DNA of 64,000 bases from an uncultured Eubacteriales bacterium (GTDB lineage Bacteria; Bacillota; Clostridia; Christensenellales; Aristaeellaceae). The notes under the pieces were generated by a model, which worked only from the letters and a program-made list of their open reading frames with translations, ran no database searches and was not told the origin of the DNA. This document shows positions 17,615 to 24,748 of the stretch, piece after piece. Both the position numbers and the translations under genes were made by a program. How positions within the stretch are numbered: position 1 is the stretch's first letter; every line of letters starts with the position of its first letter. The stretch spans positions 19,441-83,440 of the forward strand of contig CADAHU010000007.1 in NCBI GenBank assembly GCA_902787835.1, written 5' to 3'.

Positions 17615-18670
17615 TCACGGCATTTCTTCCCGGGCGGCGCAGCGCAGGGCCCGGGCAGCGCCCCGGACGCATACAAACAGCGGCAGGGACAGCAGCATGC
17701 CGCGCAGCCCCGCCGCCAGGCCGCCCGCCGAAAGCAGCAGCAGCACGTAGGCCGGATGCAGCCCGGTGGCCCCGCCCATCAGCCGCGGGGAGAGGAACAC
17801 GCTCTCGATCTGCTGCACCAGCGCCGCAGCGGCCGCCGCCCACAGCGCAGTGGATACGCCCTGGGGCAGGGAGAACAGAAGGATGGGGATCATGCCCAGA
17901 TACGGCCCCAGATAGGGGATCAGATCGCACAGGCCCATCACCGCCCCCAGCAGCAGCCAGGCGGGCACGCCCACGATCAGCAGCCCCAGGGCAGTCAGGC
18001 AGGCCACCGCCAGGCTGACCAGCAGCTGGCCGCGGAAATAGGCGGCGATCTCCCGCCGCATCTCCTTGAGCGCCGCCAGCAGCCGCCGACGGTATCGGAG
18101 CGGGATCAGCAGCGACGCCTGAAAGCAAAAGCTCTCCCGGTCCCGCAGAAAATAAAAGCCCAGCACCGGGGCCGGAAAGGCGCGGGACAGGCGGTCGCCC
18201 AGCCCGGCCAGGCGCTGCATCACATCGGGCACGGCGTTCAGCGCCTTTGCGCCCGCCCAGTGCAGCAGCTCCTCCGAGGAGTTCAGCCGGATCCCCAGGC
18301 GGGTAAAGAGCGCCATCCCCTCCAGCGCGTCCAGCCAGCTTTGGGTCAGATCGATCAGCCCTGGCACCGCCCCCGCCGCCAGGGAAAGCTGGGCGATCAG
18401 CTGCGGCACCAGCAGCCAGATCAGCCCCACCGCCGCCAGCAGGAAGGCCAGCAGCGACAGCAAGGCGGAAAGCCCGGCGGGCAGCCGCCGCTCCAGCAAC
18501 CGGCACAGCGGCAGCGCCGCCCAGGCCAAAAGCACCGCCAGCCCGGTCTGGAACAGCAGCTGCCCGGCGGCACGGTGAAATACGATCAGCGCCGCCAGGA
18601 GCAGCGCCCCGGCGGCGGCAATCCGGATGCGCCGCGCCGTCAGCCCGCCCCGGGCCGCAGGCGCAGCCAC
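17615..18670 (-). CDS. AI-2E family transporter (PerM-like permease)
   Basis: 351 aa, multi-TM. It has the conserved C-terminal block GLLIVGVPAWLLLGAVMGLCDLIPYLGPYLGMIP. GTG start. Confidence 0.88.
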   Translation of the reverse strand: MAAPAARGGLTARRIRIAAAGALLLAALIVFHRAAGQLLFQTGLAVLLAWAALPLCRLLERRLPAGLSALLSLLAFLLAAVGLIWLLVPQLIAQLSLAAGAVPGLIDLTQSWLDALEGMALFTRLGIRLNSSEELLHWAGAKALNAVPDVMQRLAGLGDRLSRAFPAPVLGFYFLRDRESFCFQASLLIPLRYRRRLLAALKEMRREIAAYFRGQLLVSLAVACLTALGLLIVGVPAWLLLGAVMGLCDLIPYLGPYLGMIPILLFSLPQGVSTALWAAAAAALVQQIESVFLSPRLMGGATGLHPAYVLLLLSAGGLAAGLRGMLLSLPLFVCVRGAARALRCAAREEMP

Positions 18671-18671
18671 G

Positions 18672-18809
18672 TTATATCCCCAGCTTTCTGCGCATCATGC
18701 GCCGCATGCGCCTGGCCGCGCGCTGGGCATACCGGCGCACCGCATCCATCCTGCATCCCACGGCGCAGCCCATCAGCGCGCCGGTCATCATATACTTGCT
18801 CAGCTTCAT
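18672..18809 (-). CDS. small hypothetical protein (45 aa; hydrophobic N-terminus, Arg-rich C-terminus)
   Basis: Not in the ORF track (under 60 aa). My translation is MKLSKYMMTGALMGCAVGCRMDAVRRYAQRAARRMRRMMRRKLGI. ATG is preceded by GAAGGGAGGA, and the TAA lies 1 nt before the AI-2E GTG start. Confidence 0.5.
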   Translation of the reverse strand: MKLSKYMMTGALMGCAVGCRMDAVRRYAQRAARRMRRMMRRKLGI

Positions 18810-18824
18810 CCCGTTGTCCTCCCT

Positions 18825-19256
18825 TCAATTTTGCCTGCACGGAATGGTCACATGCCCGGTGTTCCCCTGCGCCTGCACGGCAAAGGCGGTGGCGTACCAG
18901 CGCCCGGAAACCAGATCGTCCACCGGGCCGGAGGAGATCTCCAGCGCTTTGACGCGCAGGGTGTTTTCATCCAGCAGCACATCGGTCACCAGCCCGATGC
19001 GGGCCCCGTTGGCGTCGGTCACGCGGAAGAGCTGAAAGGCGGCGCTGCGCGGCACGCGGACGGGCTTCCCGCCGCAGATCACCGACAGCCGGCCCAGCAT
19101 GCGGATGTCCGCCGCCTCCAGATACCGCGACGCCCGCAGTCCATCCCGCACCACCAAGCCAGACAGCGCCTTGCCGTCCGCGCGCACCACGCCGCGCACC
19201 ACCGTGCCGATCTGCCGCCCCTCCAGGATCACCGGCAGGCCGATCAGCCGTTTCAT
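18825..19256 (-). CDS. PRC-barrel domain protein (tandem YlmC/YmxH-like modules)
   Basis: MKRLIGLPVILEGRQIGTVVRGVV... and a second module ...RVTDANGARIGLVTDVLLDENTLRVKALEIS. The start is ambiguous (19256, 19265 or further upstream). Confidence 0.75.
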   Translation of the reverse strand: MKRLIGLPVILEGRQIGTVVRGVVRADGKALSGLVVRDGLRASRYLEAADIRMLGRLSVICGGKPVRVPRSAAFQLFRVTDANGARIGLVTDVLLDENTLRVKALEISSGPVDDLVSGRWYATAFAVQAQGNTGHVTIPCRQN

Positions 19257-19337
19257 TCCGGTCATTGCGATCACCACTGCTATTGTTCCGCCGCGGCGGC
19301 CCGGCATGCATGGCAAAAAAACGAAACCGCAGGGCCC

Positions 19338-20489
19338 TCATTGCTCGCCGTTCAGTACCGGCAGCCGAAAAACGGGATAAAAGGCGGAAAAGGCGAAAAA
19401 GGCCACGCCCGCCATCAGCAGAAAGCCGCTGCGCAGTCCCGCCCCGCAGCCGATCCAGCCGCCCAGCAGGCTGCCGGCCACCCGCGCCGCGCCCGCGCCC
19501 GCCGCCGAAACCAGCGTCTGTCCCCGGGCCTTGAAGGGCTCGGGCAGGGCACAATTCACATATTTTGCCATGCAGAACGCCAGCAGTCCCACCCCGGGGC
19601 CCTGCAGCGCCTGGCTGAGCAGGATCACCGGCAGGCTCCGGCCCCAGGCCAATAGCAAATAGCGCGCCGTCAGGCTCAGGCCGGAGAGCAGCAGCAATCT
19701 GCCCACCCCATGGCGGCGGAACAGCCGGTCCCCCAGCAGCAGCCAGGGCAGCTCGCTCACCGAGGCCAGGAACAGGCTGAGCCCCAGCAGTCGCCCCGTG
19801 CCGCCCGGCAGCGCGGTAAAATACAGGGCGTAATAGCTGTAAAAATACCCCAGCGTCAACTGCAGCAGCAGGTACAGCGTCAGCAGGGCGGGCAGCTGCC
19901 CCCGTCTAAACGCCCTCCAGGGGAAGCGCGCCCGCCGCTTCCGGGATGGGACAGCGCCGGACGGCAGCAAAAAAGAGGCCGCCAGCGCAAAGCCCAGGCC
20001 GGCGGCGGTGATATGAGGCACGCTGCCATACCTTTCCCCCAGCAGCCGCCCGGCCAGCAATCCGCTGAGCGCAAAGGCGGCGCTGCCCGCCATGCGCACC
20101 GGGCCGTAGGGCAGCCCCTCCCTGCGCAGGCCGCTCAGGATCACGCTCTCCCCCAGGGGCTGCACGGCGGGATAGCAGGCGGCAAAGGCGCAGCTCATCC
20201 CGAACAGGCCCGGAAAGCTCCGCTGCCGCGCCATCAGCGGCAGCAGCAGCATGGAGAGCGTCATGGCCCCGCGCAGCGCCCATGCCCGCCCCTTGCTCCG
20301 ATCGGCCAGCAGCCCCCACAGCGGCTGGGACACGGCGGAAACCAATGGAAAGGAAACCAGCAGCCAGGCAAGCGCTGATCCGCGCATATCCGACTGCTGG
20401 TAAAATTTGCTGATGTACCCCTGGTAAACGGCGTTTGTACCGTAGGTCAGCGCCAGGAACAGAGCGCCGCCCCAAGAGGCTTTTTTCAA
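19338..20489 (-). CDS. MFS transporter
   Basis: 383 aa, about 12 TM segments, with the loop motif GLLADRSKGR between TM2 and TM3. Confidence 0.85.
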   Translation of the reverse strand: MKKASWGGALFLALTYGTNAVYQGYISKFYQQSDMRGSALAWLLVSFPLVSAVSQPLWGLLADRSKGRAWALRGAMTLSMLLLPLMARQRSFPGLFGMSCAFAACYPAVQPLGESVILSGLRREGLPYGPVRMAGSAAFALSGLLAGRLLGERYGSVPHITAAGLGFALAASFLLPSGAVPSRKRRARFPWRAFRRGQLPALLTLYLLLQLTLGYFYSYYALYFTALPGGTGRLLGLSLFLASVSELPWLLLGDRLFRRHGVGRLLLLSGLSLTARYLLLAWGRSLPVILLSQALQGPGVGLLAFCMAKYVNCALPEPFKARGQTLVSAAGAGAARVAGSLLGGWIGCGAGLRSGFLLMAGVAFFAFSAFYPVFRLPVLNGEQ

Positions 20490-20504
20490 TCCGATCTCCC
20501 CGGT

Positions 20505-20954
20505 TTACTCGATTTCCTCGCCGCGCTCCAGCGCCATGATCATATCCACCCGGGTCTGATGCCGTCCGCCCAGGAACTGGGTGGTCAGGAAGGTGCGGGC
20601 CACGGCCTTGGCCACCTCGCCGCCGATGACACGCGCGCCCATGGCCAGCATATTGGCGTTATTGTGCTGGCGGGACAGGGCGGCGGACACCGTCTCCGAG
20701 CAGGTGACGCAGCGGATGCCGTGCACCTTATTGGCGGCCAGAGCAATGCCCAGACCGGTGCCACACAGCAGGATGCCAAGCTCGCACTCTCCCGAGGCCA
20801 CGGCCTTGGCCGCGCGGGCGGCATAAATGGGATAATGGCAGCTTTCCGGGCTGTCGGTGCCAAAGTCCTTGTATTCCAGGCCCATCTCCTCCAGGAGCGC
20901 CTTGATTTCGGGCTTCAGCGCCAGCCCGGCGTGATCGTTGGCAATGGCAATCAT
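20505..20954 (-). CDS. rpiB: ribose-5-phosphate isomerase B
   Basis: MIAIANDHAGLALK..., LLCGTGLGIALAANKVHGIRC and NNANMLAMGARV match RpiB/LacAB. Confidence 0.95.
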   Translation of the reverse strand: MIAIANDHAGLALKPEIKALLEEMGLEYKDFGTDSPESCHYPIYAARAAKAVASGECELGILLCGTGLGIALAANKVHGIRCVTCSETVSAALSRQHNNANMLAMGARVIGGEVAKAVARTFLTTQFLGGRHQTRVDMIMALERGEEIE

Positions 20955-21115
20955 GGTTTTCTCCCCTCCGATATGCTTGATATATGTAGCATATCACCGC
21001 AAGCGGGCGGCGTCAAACAGTTTTTGCGCGCAGCGCGCAAAATATGCGTCCGCCTTGCCTTTTTCCCCCGCTGCGGGTATAATGATACGGAAAAATGCAT
21101 CGGGAGGGAATCGCC

Positions 21116-23095
21116 GTGCTGGGAATCGTCTATCTGCTGGTGTATCTGCTGGGCGGGTACGCCATCATCCGCGCCCTGCTGCCGGGCCAGCGGCCGCTCA
21201 CCCGGATCTGGCTGGGCGCGTCGCTGGGCATATTGCTGATGATGTGGCTGCCCGCGCTGCTGGCGTTCCTCTTCCGCTTTTCGATCCGGGCGCATATGCT
21301 GGCGCTGATCCCGCTGTGCGCGCTGGTGCTGGCCAGCCATTTTTGTCTGCGGGATAAAAAAACGCCGGTCAAGCCCTTTGGCGATCAGGACAGGCGGCTC
21401 ATGATCCTGCTGGCCTGCGTGGCGCTGCCGCTGACGGCGCTGGGCGCGTATCTGCAGTTTACCCACGTGATCCGCCCGGTGGACGGCACGCTGCACGTGG
21501 GCCAGAGCACCTATGGCGATCTGCCGCTGCACCTGGGCATCATCAGCAGCCTGCGCAACGCCGCCTTCCCGCCCGATTACAGCATCCTGCCCGGCGAGCG
21601 GCTGGTATACCCCTTCCTGATGGACAGCTTTTCCACCAGCCTGATGCTCTTTGGCATGGGCCTGCGCTGGGCGGCGGTCCTGCCCGCCACGCTGATGATG
21701 GCGCTGGTTTTCGGCGGCTATATGATATTGGCCGACCGCATCGCCGAAAAGCGCGGCGTGGTGGTGTTGGCGGCGCTTTTCCTGTTCATCAACGGCGGCC
21801 TGGGCTTTTTATACAGCATCGATACCCTGGGCGTCAGCAACGGCAGCGGGGACCTGAATCCCCTGCAGGCGGGCACCTGGGGCGAACGGCTGAACACCAT
21901 CCTGCAGGGCTGGTATCAGACCCCGGCCAACCATGCCGATTTTACGTATTATAACCTGCGCTGGAGCAATATCATCGTGGATATGTTCATCCCCCAGCGC
22001 ACCTTCCTGGGGGGCTGGTGCATCCTGCTGCCCTGCGTCTATCTGCTGTACGACGGGTTTATGGACCGCCCGGGCGGCGCAGACCTGCGCCAGGCCGCGC
22101 TGCTGGGCGCGATGGCCGGCGGGCTGCCGCTGCTGCACACCCATTCCTTCCTGGCCCTGGGGCTGCTGAGCGCGGGCTGGATCGTATATGATCTGATCCG
22201 CAGCCGGGGAAAAACCCTCCTGCCCTGGGCAGTTTACGGCGGCATCGCCTGCCTGCTGGCCGCGCCCCAGCTGTTTTTGTGGACCTTCCGGCATACCACG
22301 GGCAACAGCGGCTTTGTGCGTCTCCAGTTCAACTGGGTCAACAACTCCGGCGGCTACGGCCTGCGCGACGGCTATCTCTGGTTCTGGATCAAAAACATCG
22401 GCCTTCCCGCGCTGCTGCTGATCCTGTCGCTGGTGGATAAAAACAAAAAGCGACGCATGATCGCCAGCGGAGCCTTCGTGATCTTCCTGGTATCGGAGTT
22501 TGTGCTGTTCCAGCCCAACGAATACGATAACAACAAGCTGTTCTACGTCTGGTGGGCCCTGTGCAGCGTCCTGGCGGCGGATTACGCCGCGGAGATCTTC
22601 CACCGCCTGCGCGGACTGCGCTCCCGCTATGTGCTGGCGGGCATAACGGCGGTGTGCTGCTTCGCCACGGGCACGCTTTCCATTGCCCGGGAATGCGTCA
22701 GCGATTACGAGATGTTTAACCGCGGCGCGGTGGAAACCGCCTCCTTCGTGGAGGAAAATACCCCCGAGCACAGCACCTTTATGTGCTGGACCCAGCATAT
22801 CAACCCGGTATCCGCCCTGGCCGGCCGGGATATCGTATGCGGGCCCGATCTTTGGCTGTACTGGCACGGCTATGATCTGAGCAGCCGGCAGAGCGACATC
22901 CGCGCCTTCTACGCCGATCCCGAGGGCAGCCGGGGAATTCTGGAAAAGTACGGCGTGGATTACATCCTGGTGGGCGATTATGAGCGCAGCAATCTGCAGA
23001 TCGACAGCGAGGCGCTGGAGCGGCTGTATCCCCTGGTGTTTGAAAGCCAGTGGGGCGATACGCGCATCTATCAGGCGGTGAGCGGCGATGATTGA
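21116..23095 (+). CDS. large polytopic membrane protein, GT-C-like glycosyltransferase fold suspected
   Basis: About 660 aa with more than 12 TM segments plus a C-terminal soluble domain. GTG 21116 is 7 nt after GGGAGGG, and a TATAAT lies at 21078-21083. I recognise no specific family. Confidence 0.55.
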   Translation: MLGIVYLLVYLLGGYAIIRALLPGQRPLTRIWLGASLGILLMMWLPALLAFLFRFSIRAHMLALIPLCALVLASHFCLRDKKTPVKPFGDQDRRLMILLACVALPLTALGAYLQFTHVIRPVDGTLHVGQSTYGDLPLHLGIISSLRNAAFPPDYSILPGERLVYPFLMDSFSTSLMLFGMGLRWAAVLPATLMMALVFGGYMILADRIAEKRGVVVLAALFLFINGGLGFLYSIDTLGVSNGSGDLNPLQAGTWGERLNTILQGWYQTPANHADFTYYNLRWSNIIVDMFIPQRTFLGGWCILLPCVYLLYDGFMDRPGGADLRQAALLGAMAGGLPLLHTHSFLALGLLSAGWIVYDLIRSRGKTLLPWAVYGGIACLLAAPQLFLWTFRHTTGNSGFVRLQFNWVNNSGGYGLRDGYLWFWIKNIGLPALLLILSLVDKNKKRRMIASGAFVIFLVSEFVLFQPNEYDNNKLFYVWWALCSVLAADYAAEIFHRLRGLRSRYVLAGITAVCCFATGTLSIARECVSDYEMFNRGAVETASFVEENTPEHSTFMCWTQHINPVSALAGRDIVCGPDLWLYWHGYDLSSRQSDIRAFYADPEGSRGILEKYGVDYILVGDYERSNLQIDSEALERLYPLVFESQWGDTRIYQAVSGDD

Positions 23096-23348
23096 CCGGT
23101 TTCTGCGCTACTCCCTGGAGCATGGACGAAGGATCGCGCTGATCATCCAGGATGAAAAAGGCATCCGCCGGATGAACGTAACGGTGGCGCGGCTGGATGA
23201 AGAAAACGTATACTATACCACCGGCCGCAGCGCAAAGGAAAAGCCGCTCCCCCGCATCTGCATCCTCTCCGCCGCCTACGGACGCGGGGACGACGGGGAT
23301 ACGATGAAGAACGAAAATGATCAATATTTGCGGACTGATAAAATGTGA
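23088..23348 (+). CDS. hypothetical small protein (86 aa)
   Basis: Its ATG overlaps the stop of the upstream membrane-protein gene (8-nt overlap). Codon usage is like the neighbours. No recognised family. Confidence 0.5.
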   Translation: MIDRFLRYSLEHGRRIALIIQDEKGIRRMNVTVARLDEENVYYTTGRSAKEKPLPRICILSAAYGRGDDGDTMKNENDQYLRTDKM

Positions 23349-23377
23349 TTGCATCCAACGGCCACAAATGATATAAT
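23349..23377 (+). promoter_or_regulatory. promoter of fba
   Basis: TTGCAT (23349-23354), 17 nt, TATAAT (23372-23377). Confidence 0.7.
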
Positions 23378-23417
23378 AAACCGAATCGAATTTCCAATTA
23401 AAAGGAGGAATTTTCAT

Positions 23418-24383
23418 ATGGCGCTCGTAACCACTACCGAAATGTTTAAGAAAGCCTACGAGGGCGGCTACGCCATCGGCGCTTTCAACGTCAACAATAT
23501 GGAGATCGTCCAGGGCATCACCGAGGCCGCCAAGATGGAAAACGCGCCCGTGATCCTGCAGGTCAGCAAGGGCGCGCGCGCCTATGCCAACCATACCTAC
23601 CTGGTAAAGCTGGTGGAGGCCGCCATCAAGGAGACCGATCTGCCCATCGTCCTGCATCTGGATCATGGCCCCGATTTTGAGACCTGCAAGAGCTGCATCG
23701 ACGGCGGCTTCTCCTCCGTCATGATCGATAAGAGCGGCCTGCCCTTTGAGGAGAACATCAAGGAAACCCGCCGCGTGGTGGAATATGCCCATGATCACGG
23801 CGTGGTGGTCGAGGCCGAGCTGGGCACCCTGGCCGGCGTGGAGGACGATGTGAAGGTCTCCGCCGAGGACAGCAGCTACACCCGTCCCGAGGAAGTGGAA
23901 GAGTTCGTGACCCGCACCGGCTGCGACAGCCTGGCCATCGCCATCGGCACCAGCCACGGCGCGTACAAGTTCACCGCCGCCCAGTGCACCCGCAACGCCG
24001 AGGGCATCCTGGTTCCCCCGCCGCTGCGCTTTGACGTGCTGGAAGAGGTCAGCAAGCGCCTGCCCGGCTTCCCCATCGTGCTGCACGGCGCCTCCAGCGT
24101 GCCCCAGGAATTCGTGAAGATCATCAACGAGTACGGCGGAAAGATGCCCGACGCCGTGGGTATCCCCGAGGAGCAGCTGCGCAAGGCCGCCACCATGGCC
24201 GTCTGCAAGATCAACATCGACAGCGACCTGCGCCTGGCCTTCACCGCCATGATCCGCAAGCACATGGTGGAGCATCCCGATCACTTCGATCCCCGTCAGT
24301 ACCTGACCGACGCCCGCAACGCCCTGCGCGACATGGTTCGCCACAAGATCGTGGACGTGCTGGGCTGCAACGGCAAGGCCTGA
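23418..24383 (+). CDS. fba: class II fructose-1,6-bisphosphate aldolase
   Basis: ATG 23418 follows AAAGGAGG. GAFNVNNMEIVQGI, LHLDHG and the AIGTSHGAYKF motif are present. Confidence 0.96.
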   Translation: MALVTTTEMFKKAYEGGYAIGAFNVNNMEIVQGITEAAKMENAPVILQVSKGARAYANHTYLVKLVEAAIKETDLPIVLHLDHGPDFETCKSCIDGGFSSVMIDKSGLPFEENIKETRRVVEYAHDHGVVVEAELGTLAGVEDDVKVSAEDSSYTRPEEVEEFVTRTGCDSLAIAIGTSHGAYKFTAAQCTRNAEGILVPPPLRFDVLEEVSKRLPGFPIVLHGASSVPQEFVKIINEYGGKMPDAVGIPEEQLRKAATMAVCKINIDSDLRLAFTAMIRKHMVEHPDHFDPRQYLTDARNALRDMVRHKIVDVLGCNGKA

Positions 24384-24432
24384 TCCTTCCCGTTTTCCGC
24401 ACGCATACATTGATGCCGCAATCAAACAGCAT

Positions 24433-24463
24433 CAGACCGGCAGCTTGCTGCCGGTCTGTTTTT
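24433..24463 (+). terminator. intrinsic terminator of fba
   Basis: CAGACCGGCAGC / GCTGCCGGTCTG stem followed by TTTTT. Confidence 0.8.
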
Positions 24464-24507
24464 ATGTCTTAAAACAAAAATATTTTTGTAATATTTTTGT
24501 AAAACTA

Positions 24508-24536
24508 TTGCAATTATAATTTGATTATTGTATAAT
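24508..24536 (+). promoter_or_regulatory. orphan near-consensus promoter
   Basis: TTGCAA (24508-24513), 17 nt, TATAAT (24531-24536). It sits in an AT-rich island preceded by a tandem ATATTTTTGTA x2 (24480-24501). Confidence 0.6.
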
Positions 24537-24542
24537 AATGGA

Positions 24543-24725
24543 AACAAAGGTAGAAATGCCTGCCGATAAGCAGGGCCCTGACTGCTGATCAGCGGCAAAT
24601 CTCCGTCACTTGGACCTGAAAGCAAAGGAGGTGCTGATCATTTACAACCGCAGCGCGGCGCGAAGCCCGCGCCGCAAAAAGCATTAAACCCCTCAGAAAA
24701 CGGTTTTCTGAGGGGTTGCTTTTTT
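24543..24725 (+). ncRNA. candidate small RNA of unknown family (promoter-to-terminator unit)
   Basis: Bounded by the promoter above and the terminator at 24689-24725. No ORF with a canonical start lies inside. Internal GC hairpin at 24655-24675 and palindrome at 24584-24593. Confidence 0.4.
24689..24725. terminator. bidirectional intrinsic terminator (candidate sRNA on + strand, GH112 gene on - strand)
   Basis: 13-bp stem CCCCTCAGAAAAC / GTTTTCTGAGGGG. T-run on the plus side (TTGCTTTTTT) and A-run on the other side (GCAAAAAGCATTAAA). Confidence 0.75.
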
Positions 24726-24748
24726 ATGCCCTTATGGACGGAAGATCG

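Noticed and set aside
24538-24588. Mini-ORF METKVEMPADKQGPDC starting right after the orphan -10 box
   Set aside because: The ATG (24538-24540) lies only 2 nt after TATAAT. That places it upstream of the expected transcription start, and there is no RBS.
24422-24625. 67-aa minus-strand ORF across the AT-rich island
   Set aside because: It starts at TTG with no RBS; the upstream sequence is CACCTCC. It runs through the promoter-like AT tract and the fba terminator hairpin. The Ile/Lys/Asn-rich middle simply reflects AT-rich non-coding DNA.
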